Shown: piece after piece, positions 62,276 through 64,000 of the stretch
How the letters are laid out: each line of letters starts with the position of its first letter
Numbering within the stretch: the first letter of the stretch is position 1
NCBI GenBank assembly: GCA_040235475.1
Contig: JBECKY010000092.1
Span: forward strand, 919-64,918
Direction of reading: 5' to 3'
Source: Pseudomonadales bacterium
GTDB taxonomy: Bacteria; Pseudomonadota; Gammaproteobacteria; Pseudomonadales; UBA3067
Length of the DNA stretch: 64,000 nucleotides
Notes under the pieces: model-generated
Database searches by the model: none
The model's input: only the letters and a program-made list of their open reading frames with translations
Told to the model about the DNA's origin: nothing
Program-made: the position numbers and the translations under genes

Positions 62276-62371
62276 TTTAACGCTCCCCATGGTTTCTAGC
62301 CTCCCCTGTGGCTCCCCTGCCTAGCTAATCAATCACTAGCAAGCAATGGTCCTTAGAGTGAAGCAAGGAGT
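62276..62371 (-). promoter_or_regulatory. S6:S18-type autoregulatory leader
   Basis: 5' ACTCCTT can pair with the GGGGAG Shine-Dalgarno, GCTTC with GAGGC, and CC lies in the 3' internal loop (TAGAAACCAT). Confidence 0.6.
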
Positions 62372-62829
62372 TAAGCCCTGTTTTCAGGGCAGAAAAGTTC
62401 ACGGAGTTTATACATATTGACTGATTTATTCAAGGACAGTTTTGCTTTTTAAATACCCATTTAAAATAGGCCTCTGGCAGAAGAAAACCAGGAAAACAGC
62501 GGCCTAAGGGCACAAGCAATGACTTCGGGTTATAGGCTGGCTGTGCAGCAGGCACTCACCAAAAGATGATGCCTGGAAAATTCTTAGGAAAGAAATCAAA
62601 AAGTTAAAGATAAAATTTAAGCCGGAATGTAACCTTATGAAACACAAGTTCATTTTGCTAATTCAATAGTATGAAACGCTTCACAGCTATAGCACATAAT
62701 TTCAACAATGCCTTGATAAAGAGCGCCCTGAGTGTTTTCCTACTAACTAGCAGTCTCAAACTGGCAAATAGCTTCATGCATTTACACAGAAACCCTTTTT
62801 ATAAGACAAAAAATTATTACCTTCAATCA

Positions 62830-63726
62830 ATGCCAAATATATCCATTGATTTTACATCTGAACAACAAGCTCCCGCTGCTAACCATGAACTGGCAACACC
62901 GTGGCTGGTTTTCACTGCCTTGGATGGCATGCTGGTTGATCCTTTTAATTATTGCCTGAAACCAGCCGATCGTACCTTACAAGCACTGAAAACAAATAAT
63001 ATTCCGGTTATTTTTAATTCTAATAGAACTTTCTCAGAACTCATTGAAATCAGAAAAATTTTTGAAAATGAGCATCCCTTTATCATTGAAAATGGCAGCG
63101 CTATATGTGTACCGAAAGGTTACTTTAAGTCACAACAACCTGCTGAAAACATTGACGGTTATTCAATATTTTTTCTGGGTTACCACTACAGCATGGTTAT
63201 CCAGAAACTACATCGCATTCGCACAGCCCGGAAATTTAATTTTGCAGGCTTTTATGACTGGAGTCGCGCTGAAGTTGCCCAGAAAACCGGGCTCAATCAA
63301 CACCTGGCCCTGCTAAATCAGCAACGACTTTGCAGTGAGCCCATCCTATGGCACGACACTGCCTTACAATTTGAATTATTCAAAACCGAACTGGAAAAAA
63401 ACCAGCTGACACTCACCTCGGTAGATAACTTTTATCTTATCAACGGGAAAACCGATAAAGCGTCGGCCATGCAAAAACTCAAAGAAAAGTATCAGTACGA
63501 GCACAAAAACAAGATTCGTTTATTCGCCTTAAGCAACGCCATAAATGATATAAGCATGCTTGAACAAGCGGATTTTGCCGGTGCTATTTCCAAAGAAAAA
63601 AGCCCGCTGAAACTGAAGCACTCCAGAAAAATTTTTTATACCAAACAAGCAGGTATTAGTGGCTGGAATGAAGCTATAGAACACTTCCTGCAAGAAACTT
63701 ATGAACAGAACCCCGAACCAGTCTGA
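62830..63726 (+). CDS. mannosyl-3-phosphoglycerate phosphatase-like HAD-IIB protein with degenerate catalytic motifs
   Basis: LVFTALDGML, PFIIENGSAI, RLCSEPILW, DKASA, ALSNAINDISMLEQAD, GWNEAI; start uncertain (62671, 62776 or 62830). Confidence 0.8.
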   Translation: MPNISIDFTSEQQAPAANHELATPWLVFTALDGMLVDPFNYCLKPADRTLQALKTNNIPVIFNSNRTFSELIEIRKIFENEHPFIIENGSAICVPKGYFKSQQPAENIDGYSIFFLGYHYSMVIQKLHRIRTARKFNFAGFYDWSRAEVAQKTGLNQHLALLNQQRLCSEPILWHDTALQFELFKTELEKNQLTLTSVDNFYLINGKTDKASAMQKLKEKYQYEHKNKIRLFALSNAINDISMLEQADFAGAISKEKSPLKLKHSRKIFYTKQAGISGWNEAIEHFLQETYEQNPEPV

Positions 63727-63735
63727 GCTTGCTTA

Positions 63736-63921
63736 TTATTGCAAGTCCTTGTCTAGCTCTTCCTTCTGTTGATCTACTCTTTCTAACACCAGGGATTCAA
63801 CTTGCTGAGCTTTTTTATAGGATTCAAGCTGGTATTCCAGTATTTCCTCAGGCTCTGGCTTTTTATTATCTGAACAGGCAACAATAAACAACACTCCCAG
63901 CCCCACAATAAAATGTTTCAT
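63736..63921 (-). CDS. small lipoprotein
   Basis: Lipobox IVAC after a hydrophobic signal, charged helical tail; AAGGGG upstream. Confidence 0.7.
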   Translation of the reverse strand: MKHFIVGLGVLFIVACSDNKKPEPEEILEYQLESYKKAQQVESLVLERVDQQKEELDKDLQ

Positions 63922-64000
63922 TATTTCTTATACCCCTTACCTTTTGATCTCATAGATTGTAGTGGTCTAATAGCCCCGGACACTTTAATAAGAGATAATT

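Noticed and set aside
62276-62290. Upstream in-frame ATG for rpsF (MGSVK extension)
   Set aside because: It overlaps the GGGGAG SD of the conserved MRHYE start at 62275.
767-63316. Numerous short antisense or alternative-frame ORFs inside core genes (e.g. 28493-29041, 47713-48366, 50490-51083)
   Set aside because: Shadow ORFs of well-supported genes with no independent motifs.

Overview
Core chromosomal segment of a gammaproteobacterium with Pseudomonas-like gene order but a visibly more AT-rich sequence, probably a marine Pseudomonadales/Oceanospirillales-type organism (inference). It runs tyrS-M23 peptidase-anmK-[accessory OMP, PLD, CPXCG, DsrE-like]-erpA-bactofilin-argC-ClC-hemJ-thiD-thiE-hemL-lpoP-mrcB-pfkB-hmuVU-Rieske-sfsA-aminotransferase-dksA-gluQ-cbrX-cbrA-cbrB-(sRNA)-pcnB-folK-dnk-panBCD-pgi-acs-RR-pnp-rpsO-truB-rbfA-infB-nusA-rimP-rimB-rimK-[acyl-CoA cluster, GGDEF]-radA-alr-dnaB-rplI-membrane protein-rpsR-rpsF-MPGP-like-lipoprotein. 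I found no rRNA, tRNA, CRISPR array or mobile element. The strongest signal missing from the ORF track is a CbrX-CbrA-CbrB carbon-catabolite-control module with a ~400-nt A-rich CrcZ-like RNA (about 29858-30262). That RNA has a sigma54 promoter, CbrB-type and IHF-type sites, many AANAANAA motifs, and a nested fold in which its 5' and 3' ends pair. Other points of note are a probable CTG start codon, an MPGP-like HAD protein lacking catalytic aspartates, an hmuUV pair without its partner genes, and a rimP operon without its usual upstream tRNA. All assignments come from reading the sequence and recalled family knowledge; no database searches were run.
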